DNA from: an uncultured bacterium | GTDB taxonomy: Bacteria > Margulisbacteria > WOR-1 > CAVSGV01 | DNA: 64,000 nt | Reading direction: 5' to 3' | NCBI GenBank assembly: GCA_963768305.1 | Contig: CAVYHE010000004.1 | Coordinates: 1-64,000 of the forward strand | In this document: positions 35,138-45,781 of the stretch, one piece after another | Numbering within the stretch: the first letter of the stretch is position 1 | Layout: every line of letters starts with the position of its first letter | Position numbers and translations under genes: made by a program | The notes under the pieces: model-generated | What the model was told of the DNA's origin: nothing | Seen by the model: only the letters and a program-made list of their open reading frames with translations | Database searches by the model: none

Positions 35138-36154
35138 ATGAAGCGTTTAAATCTGAATCCTCTCAGAAGGATAGTGCCGCCGCTCATTTTGCTGGTGATA
35201 ATCATCCTCATTGCCGTCACCTGTTATACGCAGATAGAGCACTGGCGGCTTCTGGACGCCGTTTACATGATAGTCATCACTCTTTCCACGGTAGGGTTCA
35301 GGGAGGTCCATGAGCTATCGGATGCCGGCAGGATAATAACTATGCTTTTGATAATTTTCGGCGTCGGCACGGTGGGTTACACTGTCGGTCAGCTCATAGA
35401 AATGATGGTCGAGGGCCAAATAATCGGATACAGGAGGATGAGGAATATGGAAAAATTGATCCATGAATTGAAGAACCACTATATTATTTGCGGGTTCGGA
35501 AGGGTTGGGAAGCAGGTCGCGAAAGAATTTGACGCGGAAAAGACGCCCTATGTGGTAATAGACAGCAAGCCGGAGACAGCGGCGGAATTGGCGGAGAAAA
35601 ATATCCCTTATATCATCGGTGACATGGTCTCCGATGAGATCCTCGAGTCAGCCAGCATAATGAAAGCAAAAGGCCTTATTGCTTGCGCGGACTCTGACGC
35701 TTCCAATGTGTATGTCACGCTTTCCGCGAGAGGGATGAATCCCGGCCTGAACATTGTCGCGAGAGCTTCAACTATTCTGACCGAAGAAAAACTGAGAAGG
35801 GCCGGGGCGAACAGGGTCATCTCCCCTTATTTCATAGCGGGCAACAGGATGGCTTCCATGGTCCTGCGTCCGGTCGCCGTGGATTTTCTGGACATGATGA
35901 CGCGCGGAAAGAACGTTGAGCTGGAGATAGAGGAATACAAGATAAACAGCGGGTCAAAGATCACAGGAAAGACGCTGAGAGAGCTTCAGATAAAACAAAA
36001 AAGCGGAGCGATGATCCTCGCCATAAAGCACGAGTCTGGCAAATTCGAGTTGCAGCCCGGCGCTGCGACGATAATAGACCACGGTGATGTCGTGGTGGCG
36101 CTCGGAACGGCAAAACAGCTTGAGATATTAAGGGACATGACGGAAGGGAACTGA
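35138..36154 (+). CDS. 2-TM potassium channel with RCK (TrkA-N/C) domains
   Basis: Filter motif STVGFRE, HYIICGFGRVG, RAGANRVISPY. Confidence 0.92.
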   Translation: MKRLNLNPLRRIVPPLILLVIIILIAVTCYTQIEHWRLLDAVYMIVITLSTVGFREVHELSDAGRIITMLLIIFGVGTVGYTVGQLIEMMVEGQIIGYRRMRNMEKLIHELKNHYIICGFGRVGKQVAKEFDAEKTPYVVIDSKPETAAELAEKNIPYIIGDMVSDEILESASIMKAKGLIACADSDASNVYVTLSARGMNPGLNIVARASTILTEEKLRRAGANRVISPYFIAGNRMASMVLRPVAVDFLDMMTRGKNVELEIEEYKINSGSKITGKTLRELQIKQKSGAMILAIKHESGKFELQPGAATIIDHGDVVVALGTAKQLEILRDMTEGN

Positions 36155-36166
36155 TCGGAGGCAATT

Positions 36167-36775
36167 ATGTTCGACGGGATAAAAGTAGTTTTTGAAAAGG
36201 ACCCGGCCGCGGGTAATATTTTTGAAGTGCTCTTATATCAGGGACTTTGGGCCCTTTGGCTCCATAACATTGCACACGCTTTATTTAAGATCAAGATACC
36301 GTTCATTCCGCGATTGATCTCTCAGATAAGCAGGATATTGACGCTTATCGAGATCCATCCGGGGGCGACCATCGGCAAAAGATGCTTCATAGACCATGGC
36401 GTCGGCATTGTCATAGGAGAGACCGCTGTTGTCGGCGATGATGTTACTATATATCAAGGGGTCACATTGGGCGGCACCGGCGGGGAAAGAGGGAAACGGC
36501 ATCCTACCATCGGCAACAACGTCGTTATCGGTGCGGATGCGATCATCCTTGGAAACATCATGGTCCACGACAACGCAAGGATCGGCGCCGGCGCCGTCGT
36601 CACTAAGTCAGTTCCCGCTAATTCAACTGTCGTGGGGAACCCGGCGAGGATAGTTATGCTTGAAGGCAGGAAAGTTGATCCTCTTGCCCATGGGGAGCTT
36701 CCTGACCCGGTCGGCAAGGCCCTGGACGAGATGAACCAGCGGATCGCGAAACTGGAATCGATGCTGAAGAAATAG
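36167..36775 (+). CDS. cysE: Serine O-acetyltransferase
   Basis: IEIHPGATIG, FIDHG, GVTLGGTG...KRHPT. Confidence 0.95.
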   Translation: MFDGIKVVFEKDPAAGNIFEVLLYQGLWALWLHNIAHALFKIKIPFIPRLISQISRILTLIEIHPGATIGKRCFIDHGVGIVIGETAVVGDDVTIYQGVTLGGTGGERGKRHPTIGNNVVIGADAIILGNIMVHDNARIGAGAVVTKSVPANSTVVGNPARIVMLEGRKVDPLAHGELPDPVGKALDEMNQRIAKLESMLKK

Positions 36776-36790
36776 CTGCCGGTTAAAAGC

Positions 36791-38179
36791 ATGCCGTTAA
36801 AAATATACAACACTATAACCAGGGACCATCAAATATTCGAGCCGATAAATCCTCCGAACGTCAGCATGTATGTTTGCGGGGTCACTCCTTATGACGAAAC
36901 CCATCTTGGACACGGAAGGGCTTATGTCGTATTTGACGTCATAAACCGGTATCTCAGATTTTCCGGATTCAATGTCAGGTATATCCAGAATATCACCGAC
37001 ATCGATGACAAGATAATCAAGCGGGCTAATGAGCTGGGAATATCGATAAACGAATTAACGAAAAAATACATTGATAGTTATTACGGTGTAATGAACCAAC
37101 TGAACGTCAAAAAAGCCGATAGATATCCGAGAGCCACGGAAAATATCAAAGAAATGATCGCCGTGATCGAAAGCCTCGTAAAAAATGGATATGCCTATGT
37201 GATCGACGGGGATGTCTATTTTGAAGTTGCCAAGTTCAAGGATTACGGAAAGCTTTCAAAAAGAAAGCTAGACGACATGAAGGAAGGCGCGCGGGTCGCG
37301 GTGGATGAGAGGAAAAAGAGTCCGCTAGATTTCGCGCTCTGGAAAGCCGCGAAACCGGACGAGCCATTCTGGCCGTCGCCCTGGGGCAGCGGAAGGCCGG
37401 GCTGGCACATAGAATGCTCTGTGATGTCGCTTAAGGAAGCGGGAGTTGAGACGCTGGACATCCACGGCGGAGGGCTGGACCTTATATTCCCGCATCATGA
37501 AAATGAGGTAGCCCAGGCTGAAAGTTTTACCGGAAAGCCATTTTCGAAATACTGGATACACAACGGATTTGTCACGGTCAATCACGAAAAAATGTCAAAG
37601 TCGCTGGGCAATTTCTTCACTTTAAAGGACATCTTCGCCAAATATGATCCCATGCTTGTGAGGTTCTATCTTCTGTCGACCCATTATCGAAGTCCGATCA
37701 ATTTTTCAGACAAGGAACTAGAGGGGGCCAAAGGCGGGCTTATGAGGATAGCGAACGCCCTTGGCATCGTGCGCGAGAACGCTTCATGCTCGATCAAGGA
37801 GACGACCGACCAGCGGCTTGTGCCGATCAAGAACAGTTTCATTAAGGCGATGGACAATGATTTTAACACTGCCGAAGCGCTAAGCTCGGTTTTTAAGCTT
37901 TGCGATATTATATTTGAGTTCAAGGACGGCAATGTCCCGGACGGCGTCTGGCAGCAGGCGGTCGGCCTTTTTGAGGTCCTTGTCGTGGATATTCTGGGTA
38001 TCAACGTCCAGTTCAGCAAATTGCCAAAAGAGATCGACAGCCTTATCAATGACATGAAAGCCGCCAGGGAAAAGAAAGATTACGGAAAGTCCGATGCTAT
38101 TAAAGCAGAAATCCAGAAAAAAGGTTATCTTGTCGAAATAACGAAAGCGAACGAGATCAAAGTCAGAAAAAGGATATGA
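36791..38179 (+). CDS. cysS: Cysteine--tRNA ligase
   Basis: [34 protein letters not shown]. Confidence 0.97.
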   Translation: MPLKIYNTITRDHQIFEPINPPNVSMYVCGVTPYDETHLGHGRAYVVFDVINRYLRFSGFNVRYIQNITDIDDKIIKRANELGISINELTKKYIDSYYGVMNQLNVKKADRYPRATENIKEMIAVIESLVKNGYAYVIDGDVYFEVAKFKDYGKLSKRKLDDMKEGARVAVDERKKSPLDFALWKAAKPDEPFWPSPWGSGRPGWHIECSVMSLKEAGVETLDIHGGGLDLIFPHHENEVAQAESFTGKPFSKYWIHNGFVTVNHEKMSKSLGNFFTLKDIFAKYDPMLVRFYLLSTHYRSPINFSDKELEGAKGGLMRIANALGIVRENASCSIKETTDQRLVPIKNSFIKAMDNDFNTAEALSSVFKLCDIIFEFKDGNVPDGVWQQAVGLFEVLVVDILGINVQFSKLPKEIDSLINDMKAAREKKDYGKSDAIKAEIQKKGYLVEITKANEIKVRKRI

Positions 38180-38193
38180 TATAATCAATCCCG

Positions 38194-39468
38194 ATGCTGG
38201 ACGCGAAACTTTTACGAGAAAATCCCGATAAGGTCCGCAAAGCCCTTTCAGACAGAGGAGCGGATACCCTGCTTATTGATAAATTCCTCAAGTCCGACGA
38301 AGCCTGGCGAAAAGCGACTACTGAGATCGACAAGCTTAAAGCCGATCGAAATGCCAAGTCACAGGAGATCCCGAAACTTAAAGCCGCCAAAAAGGACACT
38401 AACGGCCTCATGTCCGAGCTGAAAGGACTTTCCGACGGGATCGCGGCAAAGGAAGAAAAGCTTAAGGAAATTGAAAAAGAGCTGAACGCTTTCGCGTATT
38501 TTATCCCGAATATCCCGCATGAAAGCGTCCCTAAAGGGAAGGATTCTTCCAAGAATGCCGAGATCAGGAAATGGGGCACGGTCAGAAAATTCAGCTTTAA
38601 ACCGAAGCCGCACGATGAGCTTGGCGAGAAACTCGGGATAATTAGCGCTGCTCAGGGCGCGAAGATTGCGGGATCGAGATTTACCGTTTACAAAGGCCTT
38701 GGAGCGAAGCTGGAATGGGCGCTCATCAATTTCATGCGCGATGTCCAAACAGATGAGAACGGATATACGGAAGTTATCCCTCCATTCCTGACCACGGCTG
38801 ACTGTGCGTTCGGAACCGGACAACTACCGAAGTTCGAGGAAGACCTTTATAAATGCAGCGACGGCCTTTACTTGGCTCCCACAGCCGAAGTTCCCGTGAC
38901 CAATATTCACCGCGACGAAATACTCTCGGATGACCGGCTGCCGATCAAATATGCCGCGTATACGCCGTGCTTCAGGCGCGAAGCAGGAAGCTACGGAAAG
39001 GACGTTAAAGGGCTTATCCGTCAGCATCAGTTCAATAAGGTGGAGCTTGTGAAATTTGTTGAGCCGTCCGATTCGTATAACGAACTGGAAAGCTTGACCG
39101 CCGATGCAGAGTCGATACTTCAGAAGCTGAATTTGCCGTACAGGGTGGTTGTACTTTGCACTGGCGACCTCGGATTTTCCGCGGCTAAAACGTACGATAT
39201 TGAGGTCTGGTTCCCGTCGGAGAACAGGTACCGCGAAATATCTTCCTGCTCGAATTTCGAGGATTTCCAGGCAAGAAGGGCGAACATCAAGTTCAGGAAA
39301 GATCCCGCGTCAAAACCCGAATTCATCCATACATTGAACGGGTCAGGTCTGGCTGTGGGAAGAACTTTCGCCGCTATTCTTGAGAATTATCAGGAAGCCG
39401 ACGGAAGCATTACACTCCCTGAAGTTTTAGCCGATTATTTAGGCGGTATCACTAAGATCAAAGTTTAA
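38194..39468 (+). CDS. serS: Serine--tRNA ligase
   Basis: [41 protein letters not shown]. Confidence 0.97.
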   Translation: MLDAKLLRENPDKVRKALSDRGADTLLIDKFLKSDEAWRKATTEIDKLKADRNAKSQEIPKLKAAKKDTNGLMSELKGLSDGIAAKEEKLKEIEKELNAFAYFIPNIPHESVPKGKDSSKNAEIRKWGTVRKFSFKPKPHDELGEKLGIISAAQGAKIAGSRFTVYKGLGAKLEWALINFMRDVQTDENGYTEVIPPFLTTADCAFGTGQLPKFEEDLYKCSDGLYLAPTAEVPVTNIHRDEILSDDRLPIKYAAYTPCFRREAGSYGKDVKGLIRQHQFNKVELVKFVEPSDSYNELESLTADAESILQKLNLPYRVVVLCTGDLGFSAAKTYDIEVWFPSENRYREISSCSNFEDFQARRANIKFRKDPASKPEFIHTLNGSGLAVGRTFAAILENYQEADGSITLPEVLADYLGGITKIKV

Positions 39469-39495
39469 GGAAATTCCCCAAAAGCTTTTTCCTTC
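39458..39495 (-). repeat. Displaced duplicate of the trpG 3' end (direct repeat of 40197-40235)
   Basis: Minus strand reads GAA GGA AAA -AG CTT TTG GGG AAT TTC CTT AAA CTT TGA = EGK(K)LLGNFLKL*, the same C-terminus as trpG. Confidence 0.85.
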
Positions 39496-39553
39496 GATAT
39501 TAATTGTTCAATCCCGCTTTGGATAGCCCAGATTCATTCCATAAATAGTTTCA

Positions 39554-39587
39554 AAAAAGTGAAATTTTCGGGGAAATGTGTCGATAA
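39554..39587 (+). promoter_or_regulatory. Conserved element copy D (TGAAA-N15-GTCGATAA)
   Basis: AAAAAGTGAAATTTTCGGGGAAATGTGTCGATAA upstream of the orphan at 39629. Confidence 0.75.
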
Positions 39588-39628
39588 ATCGATAGTTGAA
39601 AGTAGCCCAATGGGCATACAGGAGGATA

Positions 39629-40192
39629 ATGAAGATGGCGACACCAGTTGATTCGGCAACATACAAAAACAGGGTTTCTCTGGTTTCAAATTCAATGAAA
39701 GGGAATAAAGATATATCAGAGCTGGGAAAATTGCTTGGCGAAGAGTTCAAGTTAAGTTATCTGCCCGGCTCTTATTATGGGCACATGGAAATGAAAGATA
39801 ATGGCAATGCATTTGATCTGCAATTTGGGGCGGAAAAATATGGACTTTTGACGGGGAAGGTGTTTTCCAGCGATAGCGGAAAAATAAAATGGATCTTGAC
39901 TGGCAGCCGCATATTTAATGGAAGCGGTGAACATTCGGCATCAATTAACTGGGAAAACGGTAACGTCTATGTCCGTAACGGGAATATTATAGGCAAATTC
40001 ACTAAAAACTGGGCGCCGTCCGGCTCCATTGAAACTTACAATTTACAGGACATCGGTGGCAAGTTTTACCGTGTGTATTCATGGGACGACATTGAGGATG
40101 TTAATTTACTTGTAAATGATGCGGGGAAGATCCAGTATATTTTGCCGAAAGATTTCATTACAAAAAACAATAAGCCCGACAGTTTAAAGTGA
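39629..40192 (+). CDS. Hypothetical protein (AT-rich orphan)
   Basis: SD AGGAGG followed by ATG at 39629; 187 aa; no family recognised. Confidence 0.75.
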   Translation: MKMATPVDSATYKNRVSLVSNSMKGNKDISELGKLLGEEFKLSYLPGSYYGHMEMKDNGNAFDLQFGAEKYGLLTGKVFSSDSGKIKWILTGSRIFNGSGEHSASINWENGNVYVRNGNIIGKFTKNWAPSGSIETYNLQDIGGKFYRVYSWDDIEDVNLLVNDAGKIQYILPKDFITKNNKPDSLK

Positions 40193-40196
40193 TTTT

Positions 40197-40760
40197 TTAG
40201 AGCTTAAGGAAATTCCCCAGAAGTTTTTTCCCCTCGGTCGTCAGTATCGATTCCGGGTGGAACTGGATCCCTTCAACCTTGAATTCCCTGTGCCTCACGC
40301 CCATTATTTCATCCTTGTCCGTCCACGCGCTTATTTCCAGGCATTCCGGCAGGCTGGACCTTTCGATGAGAAGTGAATGATAGCGTGTCGCGGTGAAAGG
40401 ATTTGAAAGCCCATCATATATCGTTTTCCCGTCGTGATGTATCTGCGAGGTCTTTCCATGCATGAAGCGCGTTGCCTGGACTATCTTTCCGCCGAAAGCT
40501 TCACCTATTGCCTGATGTCCGAGGCAGACACCGAGGATCGGGACTTTTCCGGCGAATTCTTTGATGACATCAATGCTGATCCCCGCATCCTTAGGATATC
40601 CAGGTCCCGGTGATATCAATATTTTCTCAGGGTTAAGTTTTTTTATTTCGTCGATGGTGATTTTGTCGTTCCGGTAAACCTGCAAGTCGGCGCCAAGCTC
40701 GCCAAGGTACTGAACGAGATTGTACGTGAATGAATCATAATTATCTATGACGAGCAACAT
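40197..40760 (-). CDS. trpG: Anthranilate/aminodeoxychorismate synthase component II (glutamine amidotransferase)
   Basis: [34 protein letters not shown]; could equally be pabA. Confidence 0.92.
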   Translation of the reverse strand: MLLVIDNYDSFTYNLVQYLGELGADLQVYRNDKITIDEIKKLNPEKILISPGPGYPKDAGISIDVIKEFAGKVPILGVCLGHQAIGEAFGGKIVQATRFMHGKTSQIHHDGKTIYDGLSNPFTATRYHSLLIERSSLPECLEISAWTDKDEIMGVRHREFKVEGIQFHPESILTTEGKKLLGNFLKL

Positions 40761-40850
40761 GGGAAAATTATATCAAAGAAACGCGATTAATAGAAGGATA
40801 GCATAATCTACTTTTTTATTGCGTTAAATTAAAGTATAATGCGGAAGTTT

Positions 40851-41636
40851 ATGTCAGACACGAGCGATAATTTGGATGTGACCATCCTTCTGCCCTGCTA
40901 CAACGAAGAAGAAGCATTGCCGAGCGTTATCCGTGAGATCCGGGCGGCAATGAACGGGACGCAGTATTCCTATGAGATCCTTGTGAGCGATGACTGCAGC
41001 ACTGATAGCAGCGTTGCTTTGGCGGAAAGTATGGGCTGCCGCGTTATCCGTTCTTCTTTAAGTTCCAGGGGGGGGTCCGGAAGGGCCCGCAAGAACGGCG
41101 TCATTCAGGCGAAAGGCGGGATCGTAGTGATGCTGGATGCTGACGGAACATACAGCGCATCGGACATCCCTGAAATGCTGAAGTATTTCCCTGAATATGA
41201 ACAGGTCAACGGTGCGCGCACGAGTGAAAAAGGCGAGCTTTCTCTTTTGCGGGCTACAGTGAAATGGTTCATTAGAATGCTGGCCAGCTTATTATCGGGT
41301 AAAAAGATACCCGACCTCAATACCGGGCTTAAAGCGTTCAGAAGAGATACGATGCTCCAGTATTTATGGGCCATACCGGACGGGTTTTCATGCGTTTCTT
41401 CCATGACGCTCGCATATCTCTGCAGCGGCCGGTCGGTAAAATACATCCCCACCGAAAGCCGTAAACGCATCGGCAATTCCAAGTTCCGGCCTTTTCATGA
41501 CACTGTCAGCTACATCGCAACGGTTGTCCGGCTGGTATTTTATTTCGCTCCGTTAAAAGGGAAGCTTGCTTCTATCAGGGACAGGAAGATATCAAGGCTT
41601 AAATCTCAGAATGAACATGAATATAAAAAAATATAA
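40851..41636 (+). CDS. GT2 family polyprenol-phosphate glycosyltransferase-like protein
   Basis: LPCYNEE, DDCSTD, LDADGTY, PDLNTGLKAFRR. Confidence 0.88.
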   Translation: MSDTSDNLDVTILLPCYNEEEALPSVIREIRAAMNGTQYSYEILVSDDCSTDSSVALAESMGCRVIRSSLSSRGGSGRARKNGVIQAKGGIVVMLDADGTYSASDIPEMLKYFPEYEQVNGARTSEKGELSLLRATVKWFIRMLASLLSGKKIPDLNTGLKAFRRDTMLQYLWAIPDGFSCVSSMTLAYLCSGRSVKYIPTESRKRIGNSKFRPFHDTVSYIATVVRLVFYFAPLKGKLASIRDRKISRLKSQNEHEYKKI

Positions 41637-43110
41637 AAAACGTTTCATACTCGGACTGCTACTTATTGCCGTCTTTTCGGTCCTGTCGTTCGTTTCCTTG
41701 CATATCTTTGGCGCTTATCCTTTCAGCATGGACGAGTACAATTATCTTTATCAGGCGCAGATATTCGCAACGGGACACACATTTATCCATGCCAGCGAAA
41801 AGCTCCATGATCTTTTTGAATTATACATGGTCTATGATAACGGCAAGCTTTTTACAAAGTATCCGCCGGGGATGTCACTTCTGCTGCTGCCGGGGGTCAA
41901 GCTTGGGGTGCCGGCATTAATCAATCCGTTGATCTCTGTCATTTCCCTGATATTTATTTATCTGCTTTGCGCGGAATTTGCAGGCAGCTTCATCGCCTTT
42001 TTAACCGCCGTGCTGATCGCCTGCAATGTATATTTTATCGGATACAGCGCGAGTTTCTTTGCTCAGCCTGCATCGATGTGCCTTACGTGTATCGCATTGT
42101 ATTGCTATGTGCGATTCAGGAGAACGGGGCGGGAGCATTTCCTTTTATACGCGATGTCGGCCATTGCTTTCAACTTTTTGGTCCGTCCATTGGATGCCTT
42201 TTGCCTATGGGCGGTCATGGGGATGATTATCATCATAAGGAACGAGATGAGAGAGAGAAGTTTCCTTTACGGTCTTTTGCCCGCAGCCGGGCTGTTGATC
42301 CTTATCGGATATAATCACCACCTTGCCGGCCATTGGAGCATTGCGCCGTATTCTGTTACGGGTCTTGTCACGCCTTATGGGACAATAGTTGATTTTCAGT
42401 TGTTTTATGGGAATAACTGGACATTCTTTGGCACCATTGTGGGTTTGATAAATGGTGTTTTAAGCAATTTAATAATTGTTTTTCCGCTTTTGTTGTTCAC
42501 ATATTTTCTGCCTTTGATAGTCTGCTGGCTTCCGTTCATCTTGCTTGGCCTTACCGGCATAAGATCGGACCGGACGGAATTCCGTGATTTTTGCGGGATA
42601 TCACTGGCTTACATGATCTTATTCATTATTTTGTATGCTTTTCATCCTACCATCCGTTCGAACCAGGGCGGATGGCCTCAATACGGGGCAAGGTACTGGT
42701 ATCCTTTTATTGTCCCCATGACGGGCCTGATCGCCTGGGGCATAAAGATCCTTTATGACAGGGTTGCACGCCGTTATTTCTGGATCATCATCGGCGCTTG
42801 CTTGATCGTTCAATTTGCTCAGGCTGTTTATTTTCTGGATATTTATTCCCTGCGTTTCCAGGTAATGCACCAGGTCCGGGCTGATATCATTTCCCGCTGT
42901 CCGTCGAAGTCCATTATTGTCCTTAATGACCCGAACTATTGGGACAACGTGGCACCTCCTTTCACTGTATGGCTGGATCTAAAAAGGAATCCGTTCCTTA
43001 ACGGTGACCGGCTCTATTTGATCCGTCCATCGGACCTGGATGCGGTAAAAGCCGCTTATCCGGATTATGCCGTCCGCCAATATCATTTTCCGTGGCCTTA
43101 TAATTATTGA
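41611..43110 (+). CDS. Multi-TM GT-C (ArnT/PMT-like) glycosyltransferase, copy 1
   Basis: DE motif after TM1 (SMDEYNYLYQA), KYPPG, RPLD, GARYW, many TM helices; follows a GT2. Confidence 0.78.
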   Translation: MNMNIKKYKKRFILGLLLIAVFSVLSFVSLHIFGAYPFSMDEYNYLYQAQIFATGHTFIHASEKLHDLFELYMVYDNGKLFTKYPPGMSLLLLPGVKLGVPALINPLISVISLIFIYLLCAEFAGSFIAFLTAVLIACNVYFIGYSASFFAQPASMCLTCIALYCYVRFRRTGREHFLLYAMSAIAFNFLVRPLDAFCLWAVMGMIIIIRNEMRERSFLYGLLPAAGLLILIGYNHHLAGHWSIAPYSVTGLVTPYGTIVDFQLFYGNNWTFFGTIVGLINGVLSNLIIVFPLLLFTYFLPLIVCWLPFILLGLTGIRSDRTEFRDFCGISLAYMILFIILYAFHPTIRSNQGGWPQYGARYWYPFIVPMTGLIAWGIKILYDRVARRYFWIIIGACLIVQFAQAVYFLDIYSLRFQVMHQVRADIISRCPSKSIIVLNDPNYWDNVAPPFTVWLDLKRNPFLNGDRLYLIRPSDLDAVKAAYPDYAVRQYHFPWPYNY

Positions 43111-43162
43111 TCTTTTTCCGCTGCCTTGAGGGCTTCGCCGAATTCTGATAGAATCAGGCGAC

Positions 43163-44659
43163 ATGCGCGCGATCTTCTCAAAACGGATGATTATTACCGC
43201 CGTGCTTCTCCTGGCCGTTTTTTCGGTCCTGTCATTTATTTCCCTGCATGTCTTTGGCGCTTATCCTTACAGCATGGACGAGTTCAATTATCTTTATCAG
43301 GCGCAGATATTCGCAACGGGACACACATCTATCCACGTCAGTCCGAAACTCCACGATCTTTTTGAATTATATATGCTCTATGATAACGGAAGACTTTTTA
43401 CAAAGTATCCGCCGGGGATGTCACTTCTGCTGCTGCCGGGGGTCAAGCTTGGGGTGCCGGCATTGATCAATCCGTTGATCTCTGTCATTTCTTTGGTATT
43501 TATTTATCTTCTTTGCGCGGAATTCGCAGGCAGCTTCATAGGATTTCTTGCCGCGGTTTTGGTCGCGAGTAATGTTTATTTCCTGGGATACGCCGCGAGT
43601 TTCTTTGCGCAGCCCGCATCGATGTGCCTTGCGTGTATCGCATTGTATTGCTATGTGCGATTCATGAGATCAGGGCGGGATCATTTCCTTTTATATGCGA
43701 TGTTGGCCATTGCTTTCAACTTTTTGGTCCGGCCTTTGGATGCCTTTTGCCTGTGGGCGGTCATGGGAATAAATATCTTCATAAGGTACGGGATGAGGGG
43801 AAAAAGTTTCCTTTACGGTCTTTTGCCCGCAGCCGGGCTGTTGGCCCTTATCGGATACAATCACCATCTTGCCGGCCATTGGAGCATCGTGCCGCATTCT
43901 GTAACGGGTCTTGTCACGGACTATGGGGTGTTGCCTGATTTTCAGTTGTTTTATGGGAATAACTGGACATTCTTTGGCACCATTGTGGGTTTGATAAACG
44001 GTGTTTTTGGCACTTTAAGTGTTATTTTCCCGATCACGATTTGCCCGTATTTTCTGCCTTTGATCGTTTACTGGCTTCCGTTCATCTTGCTTGGCCTTGC
44101 AGGCATCAGATCGAGCAGACCGGAATTTCGCACATTTTGCGGGATCTCATTGGCATACATGGTCTTATTCGTCATTTTGTATGCTTTTCATCCTGTTGTC
44201 GCCAAATGGGACCAGGGCGGATGGCCTCAATACGGGGCCAGGTACTGGTATCCTTTTATAGTTCCCATGGCGGGTCTGATCGCCTGGGGCATAAAGATCC
44301 TTTATGAAAGTATACCCCGCCGTTATTTTTGGATCATCATAGGAGCATGTTTGATCGCCCAATCATTTCAAGCTGTTCGTTATCTGAACCATTATTCCCA
44401 GCGTTTCCAGATCTTCCGCCAGGTCCAGGCAGATATTAATTCCCGCTGTCCTCCGAAGTCCATTATCATCCTTAATGACCCGAACTATTGGTACGACGTT
44501 GTCCCTCCTTTGACAATATGGCTGGATCTGAAGAGAAATCCGTTCCTTAACGGTGACCGGCTTTATTTGATCTATCCATCGGACCTGGATGCGGTAAAAG
44601 CCGCTTATCCGGATTATACCGTCCGCCAGTATCATTTTCCGTGGCCTTATAATTATTGA
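43163..44659 (+). CDS. Multi-TM GT-C glycosyltransferase, copy 2 (tandem duplicate)
   Basis: Long runs identical to copy 1 at DNA and protein level, offset about 1549 nt. Confidence 0.78.
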   Translation: MRAIFSKRMIITAVLLLAVFSVLSFISLHVFGAYPYSMDEFNYLYQAQIFATGHTSIHVSPKLHDLFELYMLYDNGRLFTKYPPGMSLLLLPGVKLGVPALINPLISVISLVFIYLLCAEFAGSFIGFLAAVLVASNVYFLGYAASFFAQPASMCLACIALYCYVRFMRSGRDHFLLYAMLAIAFNFLVRPLDAFCLWAVMGINIFIRYGMRGKSFLYGLLPAAGLLALIGYNHHLAGHWSIVPHSVTGLVTDYGVLPDFQLFYGNNWTFFGTIVGLINGVFGTLSVIFPITICPYFLPLIVYWLPFILLGLAGIRSSRPEFRTFCGISLAYMVLFVILYAFHPVVAKWDQGGWPQYGARYWYPFIVPMAGLIAWGIKILYESIPRRYFWIIIGACLIAQSFQAVRYLNHYSQRFQIFRQVQADINSRCPPKSIIILNDPNYWYDVVPPLTIWLDLKRNPFLNGDRLYLIYPSDLDAVKAAYPDYTVRQYHFPWPYNY

Positions 44660-44674
44660 TCTTTTTCTGCTGCC

Positions 44675-44703
44675 TTGAGGGCTGCACCGAATTCTGATAA
44701 AAT
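44675..44703 (+). promoter_or_regulatory. Sigma70-type promoter of femX-like/murE (second copy at 43126-43154)
   Basis: TTGAGG-N17-TAAAAT with TG extension; the other copy is TTGAGG-N17-TAGAAT. Confidence 0.65.
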
Positions 44704-44711
44704 CGGACCCT

Positions 44712-45779
44712 ATGCGCGCAAGGGTTCTTACTCCGCAGGACAGGGACAAATGGGATGCTTTCGCCTCAAAGGAAGGAAGCAGCGAGATACTGCAGTCCTA
44801 TGAATGGGGAGAATTCAAATCAAACCTCGGATGGGACCATTTCATCGTTGCTGCGGAGTACGGCGGAGAGGTAAAGGCCGGCATCTCGATATTATCCAGA
44901 AAACTCCCGTTAATTAATAAGAATCTTTTTTACTCGCCGAGAGGACCGCTTGTTAAGTTTTCGGACCAAAAGCTTTTTGACGCGCTCATGGACGGAGTTT
45001 GTGTTGAAGCGGCGTTGAGAAATGCGATAGCCCTTAAGATCGATCCTGAGATAGAGGATAAGGATACGGCGGTCATCAATGTCCTTAGATCAAGAGGATT
45101 TGTCCGGAAGAACAAGCAGGTCCAGCCAAGGACCACCAGCTTCATAGATCTCACAAAAGGGCTGGACGAGCTTCTGATGAGCTTTGAGGAAAAAACGAGA
45201 TACAACATCCGGCTTGCGGAAAGAAAAGGCGTGACGGTGAGGGAATCATCGGATAAAAATGGGGTCGAGATCTTTTACCGGATCTACCGCGAAACTTGCA
45301 GGCGCGATGTTTTTATCATCCATCCGGAGTCCTACTATCTAAAGCTCAAAGAGTGTTTGATAAGCAAGGGCATGGCTAACGTTTTCATAGCCAGTTATCA
45401 GGGGCAGGATATCGCAGCGCTTTTCGCTTTCAGTTTCGGGGACAGGGTCTGGTATATGTACGGCGCGTCAGGCAATGACTTCAGGAACGTCATGCCGAAC
45501 CACGCGCTGCACTGGCATCTTATAAAATGGGCAAAAGAAAAAGGCAGGAAAACTTACGATCTTTGGGGCGCGCCGCTGCAGCCGAAAGAGAATCATCCTC
45601 TTTTCGGCGTTTACAGGTTCAAGAAGGGTTTCAATGGAGAAGCAAAATCCTGGATAGGCGCTTATGACCTGCCTTTTGATGATCTTGCATATTCGCTCTT
45701 TGACAAAGGCGTCGCTTTTTATCAGGGTTTAAGGAGTCTGCTCAGGAAAGGAAGGATATCCGATCCGCTTTCGGATTGA
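44712..45779 (+). CDS. FemABX family lipid II peptidyltransferase
   Basis: LQSYEWGEFK, YSPRGP, KTRYNIRLA, YMYGAS, YDLWG, GVYRFKKGFNG. Confidence 0.9.
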   Translation: MRARVLTPQDRDKWDAFASKEGSSEILQSYEWGEFKSNLGWDHFIVAAEYGGEVKAGISILSRKLPLINKNLFYSPRGPLVKFSDQKLFDALMDGVCVEAALRNAIALKIDPEIEDKDTAVINVLRSRGFVRKNKQVQPRTTSFIDLTKGLDELLMSFEEKTRYNIRLAERKGVTVRESSDKNGVEIFYRIYRETCRRDVFIIHPESYYLKLKECLISKGMANVFIASYQGQDIAALFAFSFGDRVWYMYGASGNDFRNVMPNHALHWHLIKWAKEKGRKTYDLWGAPLQPKENHPLFGVYRFKKGFNGEAKSWIGAYDLPFDDLAYSLFDKGVAFYQGLRSLLRKGRISDPLSD

Positions 45780-45781
45780 CG

